The notes beneath the pieces were generated by a model. The model was not told the origin of the DNA. It made no database searches and saw only the letters and a list, made by a program, of their open reading frames with translations. A stretch of 64,000 bases of DNA from an uncultured Planctomycetales bacterium (GTDB taxonomy: Bacteria > Planctomycetota > Phycisphaerae > UBA1845 > Fen-1342). Each line of letters starts with the position of its first letter. The stretch's first letter is position 1. The translations under genes and the position numbers were made by a program. The DNA is taken from assembly GCA_964401365.1 (NCBI GenBank), contig CAYNYG010000001.1, positions 139,254-203,253 of the forward strand, in the 5' to 3' direction. This document shows positions 38,685 to 48,137 of this stretch, one piece after another.

Positions 38685-39857
38685 ATGAGACTCAAACTCG
38701 CCTATCTGGTCCGCAACCTCAGCCGGAACTGGCTGCGCACCGTGCTGACCTGCCTGGCCGTGGCGCTTCCCATCACCATCTTCGTCCTGTCCGCCGCGGT
38801 CATCGACGGCATCGAGTGGTTCCTCGACAACTCGGCCAAGCAACTCCGCCTCATCGTCACCAACCGCATGTCGATCGTAAACCCGCTCCCCTCCGGCCAT
38901 CGGGCCAGGATCGAGGCGCTCGACCCATCCGGCAGGCGGCTGCTCTCCGTCTGCGGCGTGCGCTGGATCGGAGGGGTCATCGAGAACAGCTCGACCCCGC
39001 TCTCGACGCTCGCGGTCGACCCGGACGCGTTCGTGGCCACGCTCCCGGAGCACCGCCTCACACCGGCCGAGGTCGATGCCTGGACGCGCGACCGGCAGGC
39101 GATCGCGGTCGGACGCGGGACCGCCGCCCAGCTCGGCTGGAAGCCGGGCGATCGCGTCACGATTCGGGCCTCGGTCCCGCCCTACACGGCGGTCGAGTAT
39201 CACGTCATCAGCACGCTGCCCGACAGCGAGGACGGGGTGACGCTGTGGGTGCGGCGCGACTACATCGAGGAAACGCTGAAGATCCCCGGCGGCATCACCG
39301 ACTGGATCAGCTTCTTCTACGTGAAGTGCGCCACGAAGGCGGACCTGGAGCGCTTCAAGGCCGAGATCGACGCACTCTTCGCCGGCTCGCCCGACGAGAC
39401 CAAGACGCAGGACGAGAAGGCCTTCATGAATCAATTCATCACGCAGCAGTTCAACCTGCCGCGCAACCTCACCATCCTCGCACTGGTCACGATCTTCGTG
39501 GCCATGATGGCCGCCTTGAACACCATGGGCATGAACTTCCGCGACCGGTTGAGCGAGTTCGCCACGCTCAAGTCCCTCGGCTTCACCGGCGGTCTCACCT
39601 TCACCCTGATCCAGGTGGAGAGCCTGCTGCTGTGCGGCATCGGCGGGCTGCTCGGCGCGCTGCTGCCCTACGTCGTTTTCACGCACACCCCGATCCGCGA
39701 GATCCCGGTGCCGGTCATCCAGGTGCTGATCATCAAGCCGCACGTGGTCGCCTACGGGGTGGCGATCGCCCTGGCGATCGGCGCGATCGCCGCCGCCGGC
39801 CCGGCGTGGCGTGCCGCCCGGCTGCGCGTGGTGCTGGCGCTGCGGAACCTCGAATGA
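38685..39857 (+). CDS. FtsX-family ABC permease, paralog 3 (type A')
   Basis: MRLKLAYLVRNLSRNWLRTVLT...IVNPLPSGHRARIEALDPSGRRLLSVCGVRWIGG resembles paralog 1 (LLPEGHRRKIEELDPDRSRLRAVCGFRWFGG). Confidence 0.8.
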   Translation: MRLKLAYLVRNLSRNWLRTVLTCLAVALPITIFVLSAAVIDGIEWFLDNSAKQLRLIVTNRMSIVNPLPSGHRARIEALDPSGRRLLSVCGVRWIGGVIENSSTPLSTLAVDPDAFVATLPEHRLTPAEVDAWTRDRQAIAVGRGTAAQLGWKPGDRVTIRASVPPYTAVEYHVISTLPDSEDGVTLWVRRDYIEETLKIPGGITDWISFFYVKCATKADLERFKAEIDALFAGSPDETKTQDEKAFMNQFITQQFNLPRNLTILALVTIFVAMMAALNTMGMNFRDRLSEFATLKSLGFTGGLTFTLIQVESLLLCGIGGLLGALLPYVVFTHTPIREIPVPVIQVLIIKPHVVAYGVAIALAIGAIAAAGPAWRAARLRVVLALRNLE

Positions 39858-41029
39858 CGCTGCCGCTGACTTACAACTGGCGCAACCTGTTCGTACGGCG
39901 CTTCAGCAGCGGGCTCACGGTCCTGGTCGTGGCGGTCGTGACCGCGGTGCTGTGCGTGCTGCTGTCGTTCGCCTCGGGCATCGCAGCGTCCCTGGCGGCC
40001 AGCGGCCGGCCCGACAACCTGATGGTGCTCAAGCCGGGCGCAACCGCCGAGAGCACCAGCCTGATCCTGCCCGAAGAAGCCAACACGCTCGTTCAGACGC
40101 CCGGGCTTAGGCTCGGCGCCGATGGTCAGCCGCTGCTGAGCCGCGAGCTGTCCCTTCAGACCAACATTGCGCACCGCGCCCGGGCCGACATCGAGGCCAA
40201 CGTCGCCGTCCGCGGCGTCGACCCCGAGGCGTTCCAGGTGCACTCCGACCTGAAGCTGCTTCCCGGCGGGCGGCGGATGCAGCCCGGCGCGATGGAGGTC
40301 ATCGTCGGAAAAGCCGCCAGCCAGCGCTTCCGCGGACTCGACGTGGGCCAATCGGTCGAGCTCGGTCCCGGCGGAAACCGGCGCTTCACCGTGGTCGGCA
40401 TCTTCGAGTGCGGGGGGAGCGCGTTCGAGAGCGAGGTCTGGGGCTGGCGCACGGTCATTACGGACGTCTACAAGCGGCGCTTCATTTCCAGCGTGGTCCT
40501 GCGACTCACCTCGTCCGCCGACGCGGAACGCGCGATTCAGTTCATCCGGGGCGGAAACGTGAACCTCGCCGCGCGGCGCGAGACCGATTACTACCACGAG
40601 CTGTCGGCCAAGACGCGCGAGATCGTGGTCCTGACGTCGATCCTGATCGGCATCATGGCCGTCGGCGCCGCCTTCGCCGTCGCTAACACCATGTTCGCCG
40701 CCGTCGACGGTCGCCGCCGCGAGATCGCCATGCTCCGCACGATCGGCTTCTCGCGCACCGCGATCGTCGTCGCGTTCCTGTTCGAATCGACCCTGCTCTG
40801 CGCACTGGGCGCGGTGTTCGGACTTTCCGTCGGACTCGTCTTCAGCGGCTGGCGCTCCGACTTTCTCTCCGACGCCACCTGGACCGTGCTGGTCTTCGAG
40901 TTGGCCGTTACACCACGGGTGTTGCTGGTCTCGTTCGGCATGGCACTGCTCGTCGGCGTCCTGGGGGCGCTGGCTCCGGCCTTGCGCGCCTCGCGCATCC
41001 CCATCATCTCGGCCCTGCGAAACGTCTGA
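39853..41029 (+). CDS. FtsX-family ABC permease, paralog 4 (type B')
   Basis: MTLPLTYNWRNLFVRRFSSGLTVLVVA...IAMLRTIGFSRTAI resembles paralog 2. ATGA overlaps the stop of paralog 3. The track ORF 38816..41029 is spurious upstream of this start. Confidence 0.8.
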
Positions 41030-41172
41030 CCCGCGCCGTGCACTCCGCGCCGGGCCGGCGTCTGTCCCCGAGCGCGACGCACCCACGCGCCGCCCTGCCG
41101 ACCCCGCACGTTGATTCCCCGCCTGCCGCGCCGTATCGTGTCCAGGCCAGCGCGGCGCCGGGCGCACCGGCT

Positions 41173-41244
41173 GCCGATGTAGCTCAATGGTAGAGCACGG
41201 CTTTCGTAAAGCCGGGGTTGTGGGTTCGACTCCCACCATCGGCT
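41173..41244 (+). tRNA. tRNA-Thr (anticodon CGU)
   Basis: GCCGATGTAGCTCAATGGTAGAGCACGGCTTTCGTAAAGCCGGGGTTGTGGGTTCGACTCCCACCATCGGCT folds as a cloverleaf with a 7-bp acceptor, a TTCGACT T-loop and anticodon loop TTCGTAA. CCA is not encoded. Confidence 0.8.
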
Positions 41245-41256
41245 CTGCGGTCCCGC

Positions 41257-42540
41257 TTGAACTCCACGGTTCCCATTCCGCCCGGCGACGCCGACGTGCT
41301 CGTGATCGGTGGCGGCGCCGCAGGTCTGGCGGCCGCGATCTTCGCCCGCCGCGCCAGTTCCGCGCTGCACGTGACGGTGCTGGACGGGGCCGCCCGGCTC
41401 GGCGCGAAGATTCTCGTCAGCGGCGGCGGCCGCTGTAACGTCACCAACCGTTGCGTCAACGCCGACGATTTCCGCGGGGGAAACCGGAATCGGATCCGCC
41501 GCGTTCTGGCCGCCCTGCCCGTCCCGCAAACGATCGCGTTCTTCGCCGAGATCGGCGTGCCGCTGCACGAGGAGGAGGACGGCAAGCTCTTCCCCGACGC
41601 GGGTGACGCCCGCGCCGTCCTCAACGCGCTGCTTTCCGAGGCGGGCCGCGTGGGCGTCCACGTTCGATGCGCGTGCCGCGTCGCGGCGACCGAGCGCGAC
41701 GCGGCCGGCTTTCGGGTCCATACCGCCTCGGGTGAGACGCTCCGCGCGCGGCGCGTCGTGCTCGCGACCGGTGGGACCTCGCTGCCCAAGACCGGCAGCG
41801 ACGGCGAGGGATACGAACTGGCACGCCGCCTCGGCCATTCCATCGTGCCCCCGGCGCCGGCGCTGGTTCCCCTGCTGCTCGAAGGCGCGTTTCACTCGCC
41901 GCTGTCGGGCGTCGCGTCCGACGTCACCCTCACGCTGCGCGAGGCGACCCGCACGCCGATCATCGTGCGCGGGCCGCTGCTCTGGACGCACTTCGGCGTG
42001 AGCGGACCGGCGGCGCTGGACGCATCCGGGCCGTGGCACCGCGCGCGGCTCGCAGGCCGCGACGTCTGCGCCACGGTCTGCTTCACACCCGGCCTCGACG
42101 CGGCGGCCCTGGAGCAGCGCCTGGTGCTGCAAGCGTCAAGCCGCGGCGGGGCGCACGTACCGTCCGCACTGCCGCCGCAGGTGCCCGAACGGCTCGCGCG
42201 GGCGCTGCTGGCCTGGGCCGGCGTGCCCGCCGGGCTGCCCCTGGCGCAGCTTCCGCGCGACCTCCGGCGCCGCGTGGCGCTGGCGTTCACCCGGTTCCCG
42301 CTTCCGATCGCCGGGAGCCGCGGCTACTCGCACGCCGAGGTTACGTCGGGGGGGGTCGCGCTGGACGAGTTGGACAGCGCCACGATGGAATCACGCGTCT
42401 GTCCGGGACTGCACCTGGTCGGAGAGATGCTGGACGTGGACGGCCGGCTGGGTGGGTTCAACTTCCAATGGGCCTGGGCCAGCGGCTTTGTGGCCGGCAC
42501 GGCGCTAGCCGCCTCGGCTGGCGCGGGACCCCCGACCTAA
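41257..42540 (+). CDS. HI0933/BaiN-like FAD-dependent oxidoreductase (aminoacetone-oxidase-family flavoprotein)
   Basis: DVLVIGGGAAGLAAAIFA dinucleotide-binding motif, KILVSGGGRCNVTN, C-terminal GYSHAEVTSGGVALDELD and RLGGFNFQWAWASG. The start (TTG 41257 or a downstream GTG) is uncertain and lies 13 nt after the tRNA. Confidence 0.7.
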   Translation: MNSTVPIPPGDADVLVIGGGAAGLAAAIFARRASSALHVTVLDGAARLGAKILVSGGGRCNVTNRCVNADDFRGGNRNRIRRVLAALPVPQTIAFFAEIGVPLHEEEDGKLFPDAGDARAVLNALLSEAGRVGVHVRCACRVAATERDAAGFRVHTASGETLRARRVVLATGGTSLPKTGSDGEGYELARRLGHSIVPPAPALVPLLLEGAFHSPLSGVASDVTLTLREATRTPIIVRGPLLWTHFGVSGPAALDASGPWHRARLAGRDVCATVCFTPGLDAAALEQRLVLQASSRGGAHVPSALPPQVPERLARALLAWAGVPAGLPLAQLPRDLRRRVALAFTRFPLPIAGSRGYSHAEVTSGGVALDELDSATMESRVCPGLHLVGEMLDVDGRLGGFNFQWAWASGFVAGTALAASAGAGPPT

Positions 42541-43856
42541 ACGGCGTTCCGCCCGGCGACCACGATGCGGTTCTTCCCCGTCCGCTTCGCCGCGAGCAGG
42601 GCCGCGTCCGCAGCGGCGACGAGCTCTTCGGGGGTGCGCGCGTCCCACGGATGCGAAGCCAGCCCGCCGCTGATGGTGACCGGGCCGGGTGCATCGGGTC
42701 CCAGACACTGGAAGTTGTGCCGCGCGATCGTCGCCGAGAAGCGACCCGCCAGCGCCATCGCGTCGGTGGGCGGCCGCGAGCCCGCCACACGCGGCACGTC
42801 CGGCTCGGAGAAGATCACCGCGAACTCGTCCCCGCCGTAGCGCGCCACCACGTCCTGGCCGCGCGAGCAGCGCCGCAGCAGCACTCCGATCTCGCGCACC
42901 AGCCCGTCGCCGGCGCTGTGCCCGTACTTGTCGTTGTAGGTCTTGAAATCATCGATGTCGAACAGGAACAGCGTCACGTGCCGCCGCGCGGCAGCGGCGT
43001 GCTCGAAGCGTTCCTGAAGGAGCTGCTCGAACTGCCGCCGGTTGCAAAGCCCGCTGAGCGCGTCGGTGTGCGCCAGTTGCCGCAGGCGCTCGTGCTCGCG
43101 CGCCTGCGTCAGCAGCACGCCCGCCAGGCTTGCGTACGTCGCCAGCGGGGTCCCGGAGCGCGCCGCGCCCGCCGTCCCGCCGACCGCGATGCGGCCGACC
43201 ACGGCGCCGTCGCGCGTGACCTCGGCTACCTGCTCGTGGCCTGCCGCGGGCGCGGACGCACCTTCGCCGAACGCCGCGCGCACGCCGTCCACCTCGACGC
43301 AGGCGTACGCCGCGCCGTAGACCTCCGCCAGCAGCGCCGCAAGCCCCTCGGCGACCGATCGCGGCCCGCGCGCCACAAGCCGCAGCACGTCGCTCAGCCG
43401 CGCCAACTCCGCCTGCGTCGGCGCTTCCCCGACGGGGGTCGCGTCGCAAGCGGCGTCCGCGGGGATCGGGTCGGGGAGCGACAAGGCAGCCTCCAGTTCG
43501 TCGCGATCGAGCGGCCAGAGCACATAGTCCGCCGCACCGGATTCTAGCGCCGCCCGGGCCAGCGGCTCGTCGGCGACGGTGCAGCAGAGCACGACGCGAG
43601 CGCCCCCCGCCGCTGTCGCGTCCTGCAATGCCGCCCGCCAGCGCTGCGTCGCGTCGACCGCGAGCACCAGCACGTCGCCCCGCCCGAATCGCTCTGCCGA
43701 CAACTCGTCCGGTTCGATCGCGTGGCAGGCCGGAACGACCCGCGCCACCGCGGCCACCACCTGGGGCGGCGCAGCCACCAGCACGCGCGGCCGGGCGGAC
43801 GCCGCGCCGGTCGCGCCCGTGCGGCGCGGCGTGAAATCGCTGGCCTCGATGCTCAT
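42537..43856 (-). CDS. GGDEF-domain diguanylate cyclase with N-terminal receiver-like and sensor regions
   Basis: RYGGDEFAVIF, DIDDFKTYNDKYGHSAGDGLV and SGGLASHPWDARTPEELVAAADAALLAAKRTGKNR. The N-terminal ~120 aa is receiver-like (VLVAAPPQ...DYVLWPLDRDELEAAL). The start is set at MSIEAS. Confidence 0.8.
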   Translation of the reverse strand: MSIEASDFTPRRTGATGAASARPRVLVAAPPQVVAAVARVVPACHAIEPDELSAERFGRGDVLVLAVDATQRWRAALQDATAAGGARVVLCCTVADEPLARAALESGAADYVLWPLDRDELEAALSLPDPIPADAACDATPVGEAPTQAELARLSDVLRLVARGPRSVAEGLAALLAEVYGAAYACVEVDGVRAAFGEGASAPAAGHEQVAEVTRDGAVVGRIAVGGTAGAARSGTPLATYASLAGVLLTQAREHERLRQLAHTDALSGLCNRRQFEQLLQERFEHAAAARRHVTLFLFDIDDFKTYNDKYGHSAGDGLVREIGVLLRRCSRGQDVVARYGGDEFAVIFSEPDVPRVAGSRPPTDAMALAGRFSATIARHNFQCLGPDAPGPVTISGGLASHPWDARTPEELVAAADAALLAAKRTGKNRIVVAGRNAV

Positions 43857-44063
43857 GTGTCTTCCGCGCGGACCTGCGCGAGCCGAATGGGCACCTTCCG
43901 ACTCCACATCAGGCTGCGCACGAACCACCCGGCGGCATCCCCGGGGACTCCGGCGCCGGCGCCGCGGATGTGATCCGCCCCATAACCTTCGCCCGGCGAC
44001 GTGCTTCCAGCCTCTCCAATCCGATCGAGCCGCGCCGATTCTAGGCCACGCCCGGAGCTACGG

Positions 44064-45533
44064 TCAAAACGGCGGTGGCTCCCCGCCCGAGTCGAACCGC
44101 GGCCGCGGAGCCTCGCTGAACCCCCCGCCGAGCTTCAGATTGTCGAAACGCGTGTAGGCCTTGTTGAACACGACCTGAACGGTGTCCGTCGGTCCGTTCC
44201 GCTGCTTGGCGACAATCAGCTCGGCCGTGTTGTCCTCCTCGGCCTCCTCGTCCTTGCGCCGGTAGTAGGACTCGCGGTGAAGCAGGATGATGACGTCGGC
44301 GTCCTGCTCGATCGCGCCCGATTCGCGCAGGTCGCTCATGCGCGGACGGTTGCCCGCCGCGCCGCGCTCCTCCGGATTGCGGTTGAGCTGCGCCATCGCG
44401 ATCACGGGTACGCTCAACTCCTTGGCCAGCGCCTTGAGCCCGCGTGAAATCGTGGCCACCTCGACCTGTCGGCTCTCGGCGCCGGGGGCGTGCATGAGCT
44501 GAAGGTAGTCGACGAAGATGGCGCGCACGTCCTGGCGCCGCTTCATCATGCGCGCCCGGGCGCGCAGCTCGAGAATCGACAGCGCCGACGAATCGTCGAT
44601 GAACAACGGTTTGCCCACCAGCGCCGCCGCCGCGTCCTGCAACCGCGCCAACTCGGCGGCATTGTGCCGCCCGCGCCGCAACCGGTGGGAATCGACGCGC
44701 CCCAGGCTGCACAGCAGGCGTTCGGTCACCGACTGCTTGCTCATCTCGAGCGAAAAGAACAGCACGCCGCGCTCTTCGACGACGGCCAGGTGCTCGGCGA
44801 TGTTGAGCCCGACGGCGGTTTTCCCCATCGACGGTCGCGCGGCGATGATGATCAGCTCCCCCGGCTGGAACCCGCAGGTCAACTCGTCGAGCAGCAGGAA
44901 CCCGGTGGGCTCCCCGGTCAGGATCCGCTCCCCGCGCGTCTCGATCTGCTTCCAGACGTCGCGAATCAGGTCGGCGATCGGCAACGGCCCGCCGCTGACG
45001 CGCTGCTCGGTGACCTTGAACACCTCGGCCTCGGCGAAGTCGAGGATCTGCTGCGTGGGCAGCGCCTCGTCGAAGGCCGCCTCCATCACCCGATGGTTCG
45101 CCCCGATCAGGTGGCGCAGCAGGTGCTTTTCCAGCACCAGGCCCGCGTAGGAGCGCACACGCAGCGCCGTTCCCACCGCCCCGGCCAGCCGCGTCAGAAA
45201 CTCGAAACCCCCCAGCCGCTCGAACAGGCCGCGTCGCACCAGCTCGTCCTTGATCAGGACGGCGTCGATCGGAACGTTCCGGTCGTAAAGGTCCACCAGC
45301 ACCTGGAACAGCAGGCGGTGGTGCTCGTGGAAGAACGCCTCGGCCCCGACCCCGTGCAGCACGGTGATGGCTTCGCCGATCGCCTCGCGCTCCAGCAGCA
45401 TGCAGCCCAGAACGGCGCGCTCCGCGTCGTCGTCGTGCGGCAGCGCGCGGGCCAGCGCCGGACGGTCGCCGCCGTCGGGGTCACTCGTCGTTCGTCGCCG
45501 CGTCCTCGGGCTGCTCTCCGGTCTCGTCGCCAT
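44064..45533 (-). CDS. dnaB: Replicative DNA helicase DnaB
   Basis: AERAVLGCMLLE, the IIAARPSMGKTAVGLNIAEH Walker A motif, FFSLEMSKQSVTERLL and IILLHRESYY. The true start may be internal, because the annotated one overlaps the rplI 3' end. Confidence 0.85.
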   Translation of the reverse strand: MATRPESSPRTRRRTTSDPDGGDRPALARALPHDDDAERAVLGCMLLEREAIGEAITVLHGVGAEAFFHEHHRLLFQVLVDLYDRNVPIDAVLIKDELVRRGLFERLGGFEFLTRLAGAVGTALRVRSYAGLVLEKHLLRHLIGANHRVMEAAFDEALPTQQILDFAEAEVFKVTEQRVSGGPLPIADLIRDVWKQIETRGERILTGEPTGFLLLDELTCGFQPGELIIIAARPSMGKTAVGLNIAEHLAVVEERGVLFFSLEMSKQSVTERLLCSLGRVDSHRLRRGRHNAAELARLQDAAAALVGKPLFIDDSSALSILELRARARMMKRRQDVRAIFVDYLQLMHAPGAESRQVEVATISRGLKALAKELSVPVIAMAQLNRNPEERGAAGNRPRMSDLRESGAIEQDADVIILLHRESYYRRKDEEAEEDNTAELIVAKQRNGPTDTVQVVFNKAYTRFDNLKLGGGFSEAPRPRFDSGGEPPPF

Positions 45534-45984
45534 GGGCCGCGCCTTCCCTCACCACCCACACCTTGACCTGCGACTCGATCTCGTCCGTGAAGCGGATCGT
45601 GACCGTCACATTATCCAGCGTGCGGATCGGATGTTCCAGCACGACGTGATCGGAGAGGACGGCGTGCCCCTGCGCCTGGAGCGCGTCGGCGATCTCGCGC
45701 TTGCCGACCGAGCCGTAGAGCGTGCCTTCCGGATTCGCAGCGGCCTCGATCGTCACCGAGACGTCGTTGAGCTTTTGCGCCAGCGCGGCAAACTCGCGCG
45801 CCAGGCGCGCCCGCGCCTCGGCGGCGCGCTTCTTCTCGGTCTCGATGGCGCGGATGTTCTCCTCGGTCGGCGCGACCGCCAGGGACTGAGGCAGCAGATA
45901 GTTGCGCGCGTAGGCCGTCTTGACCTCGACGACGTCGCCGACGTGGCCCAGCCGGTGCACATCCTTGACGAGCAGAACCTGCAT
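45481..45984 (-). CDS. rplI: 50S ribosomal protein L9
   Basis: MQVLLVKDVHRLGHVGDVVEVKTAYARNYLLPQSLA. Confidence 0.85.
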   Translation of the reverse strand: MQVLLVKDVHRLGHVGDVVEVKTAYARNYLLPQSLAVAPTEENIRAIETEKKRAAEARARLAREFAALAQKLNDVSVTIEAAANPEGTLYGSVGKREIADALQAQGHAVLSDHVVLEHPIRTLDNVTVTIRFTDEIESQVKVWVVREGAAHGDETGEQPEDAATNDE

Positions 45985-46003
45985 GAGGCTTCCTCCGAAT
46001 CGC

Positions 46004-46261
46004 TCAGCCGACAAAGGGCATGAGGGCCATGAAGCGCGCCCGCTTGAGCGCGACCGCGGTCTTGCGCTGACATCCGGCGCAGTTCCCCGATCGCTTGCGC
46101 GACAGGAGCTTTCCCTGCGCCGTCACCAGCTTCTGAAGCAGCGGGACGTCCTTGTAATCAATGATGCTCTTGCGCTCGCGGCAGATCCGACATTGCGGAA
46201 TCTCGGCCACACGCTTCGAGCGGCGCTTGGCCTTCGGGCTACGCGGGGGTCTGAATGCCAT
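46004..46261 (-). CDS. rpsR: 30S ribosomal protein S18
   Basis: [59 protein letters not shown]. Confidence 0.85.
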   Translation of the reverse strand: MAFRPPRSPKAKRRSKRVAEIPQCRICRERKSIIDYKDVPLLQKLVTAQGKLLSRKRSGNCAGCQRKTAVALKRARFMALMPFVG

Positions 46262-46358
46262 GTCTTAGGTTTCCTCGGCTGCGCGGGCCACGGCCCGCGA
46301 ACTGCGTTGCACGGAACCCGGGCGCTTCGCCCGGTTGGATCGGTGGACTCCGACCCGG

Positions 46359-46832
46359 TTAGAACGGTATCTCCTCGCCCGAAGGGGGCTCCTCCGGGCC
46401 GGGAGCGGCGGCCGGTCGCGGCGCCGACACGGGCCGGCGCGGGGACTCGTTCCAGTCGCCCTTGCCGCGCGACTCGCCGCCTGGGGCGCCGCCGCCACCC
46501 TCGCGCGGACCGACGAACTGGAAGTTGTCCACCACCACGCTGTGCTTGGAGCGCTTGCTTCCGTCCTGCGCCTGCCAGGAGTCGAGCTTGAGGCGGCCCT
46601 CGATGAGGATCGCACGGCCCTTGCTCATGTACTGATTGATGGTCTCGCCCTGCTTGCCGAAGGCGCTGACGTCGACGAAGCAGACGTCCTCGCGCTGGTT
46701 CCCGTCCCGGTCGCGCCAGCGATGGTTGATCGCCATGCCGAACTCGCACACGGGGGTGTTGTTCGGAAGATACTTCAACTCAGGATCGCGCGTCAGGTTG
46801 CCCATCAGAATCACACGGTTGAAACTGGCCAT
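46359..46832 (-). CDS. ssb: Single-stranded DNA-binding protein
   Basis: MASFNRVILMGNLTRDPELKYLPNNTPVCEFGMAINHRW with an acidic C-terminal tail ending EEIPF. The start is set at MASFN. Confidence 0.85.
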   Translation of the reverse strand: MASFNRVILMGNLTRDPELKYLPNNTPVCEFGMAINHRWRDRDGNQREDVCFVDVSAFGKQGETINQYMSKGRAILIEGRLKLDSWQAQDGSKRSKHSVVVDNFQFVGPREGGGGAPGGESRGKGDWNESPRRPVSAPRPAAAPGPEEPPSGEEIPF

Positions 46833-46975
46833 GCTGGCACTCCCAATTCGTGTCCCGACACCGCCGGGCGACGCGCGGGCCGATGAACCCGACCTCGCCG
46901 GCGCCGTCCCGCGCACACGACGTCAACGCACCGCGGCGGCGCCGCCGGATGCATCCCGCGGGTTTGCGCGCCGCG

Positions 46976-47464
46976 TCAGCGGGCGTCCGCCGACCCGACG
47001 TCGGCCGCTTCCCGCTCGCCGCCACGCTCCGCGGGCTCGCGCAGATCACGCACCTCGCGCGGCTCGCGATAGTCGTCGCGCCGGCGCGGAGGACCGCTGG
47101 CGTCGTCGTCGCGCCGGCGTCCATCCTGGGCCGGATAGAGCGGCTTGTCGGCCGGCAGCGCCTTGAGCTCGCTGAGCCGTTCCTCGGTCACGCCCGTTCC
47201 GTCGAGCACCAGGTGCCGCAGCAGCGTCTCGCTCAGCCGCGCGTCGCGGTCGAGTTCCGCCATGCGGGCCGGGTCTGCGTCGAAATACGCCAACACGTAC
47301 GTGCCGCGCTTGCGGCGACGGATCTCATACGCGAGCCGACGGTCGTCGTACTTGATGATCACCTGCGGCACCGCCCCGATGCGCTCCAGAAGCCGCCGAA
47401 CCTCGCGATCGACGGCGGCCCATTCGCTGCCCCCGTCGAACAGGAACATCACTTCGTATCGTCT
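46976..47464 (-). CDS. rpsF: 30S ribosomal protein S6 (with Arg/Asp-rich C-terminal extension)
   Basis: (V/M)RRYEVMFLFDGGSEWAAVDREVRRLLERIGAVP...YVLAYFDA. A GTG start is presumed at 47464. Confidence 0.8.
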   Translation of the reverse strand, partial: RRYEVMFLFDGGSEWAAVDREVRRLLERIGAVPQVIIKYDDRRLAYEIRRRKRGTYVLAYFDADPARMAELDRDARLSETLLRHLVLDGTGVTEERLSELKALPADKPLYPAQDGRRRDDDASGPPRRRDDYREPREVRDLREPAERGGEREAADVGSADAR

Positions 47465-47555
47465 CACACGCGATCTCCTTGGCGACCCGGCGGGCATCAG
47501 GCCGCCCGACGGGCCGGGATACCATCTCGCGGCACCGAACCGAGTTCGCCGCGGC

Positions 47556-48137
47556 TCAACCGTCGCCCGGCGCACGCACGTTGAATCGATTCATCGCCGC
47601 CGTCACGCCTTCCGTGATCCAGCACGCGACCGCGTCGCACGCCCGCGCCAGCGCCTGCTCCAGCACCTCGCGCTCGTCGCCGCCGAAGCGGCTCAGCACG
47701 AAGTCCACCGCATCGATCGATTGCGAGCGGCCGATGCCGACCCGCAACCGCGGCACCTCCTCCGTGCCGACCTGGCGCAGAACGTCCGCCAGGCCCTTCT
47801 GTCCTCCGGCCGACCCGCCGGCACGCATCCGCAGGACTCCCAGCGGCAGGTCGAGGTCATCACTGATGACCAGCACGTCCGCCGGCGCCAGTTTGTAGAA
47901 CCGCATCACGCCGGCCACGCTGCGCCCGCTGAGGTTCATGTACGTGGTCGGCTTCACCAGGCGCACCGATTCGCCGCCCACCTGCGTCTCGCCCATCAGC
48001 GCCTCGAACCGTCGATCGTAGTGCGACATTTCCACCTGGCGCTGTCGGGCAAACTCGTCCACCACCATGAACCCGACGTTGTGCCGGGTACCTGCGTGTC
48101 GCGGGCCCGGGTTACCCAGGCCCGCCACCAGCTTCAT
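47556..48137 (-). CDS. pth: Peptidyl-tRNA hydrolase
   Basis: MKLVAGLGNPGPRHAGTRHNVGFMVVDEFA...LVISDDLDLPLGVLRMRAGGSAGGQKGL. Confidence 0.9.
   Translation of the reverse strand: MKLVAGLGNPGPRHAGTRHNVGFMVVDEFARQRQVEMSHYDRRFEALMGETQVGGESVRLVKPTTYMNLSGRSVAGVMRFYKLAPADVLVISDDLDLPLGVLRMRAGGSAGGQKGLADVLRQVGTEEVPRLRVGIGRSQSIDAVDFVLSRFGGDEREVLEQALARACDAVACWITEGVTAAMNRFNVRAPGDG

Noticed and set aside
38816-41029. 737-aa plus ORF spanning permeases 3 and 4
   Set aside because: Its first ~345 codons are an out-of-frame overlap of permease 3. The real gene is permease 4, starting at ATG 39853 with an ATGA overlap.
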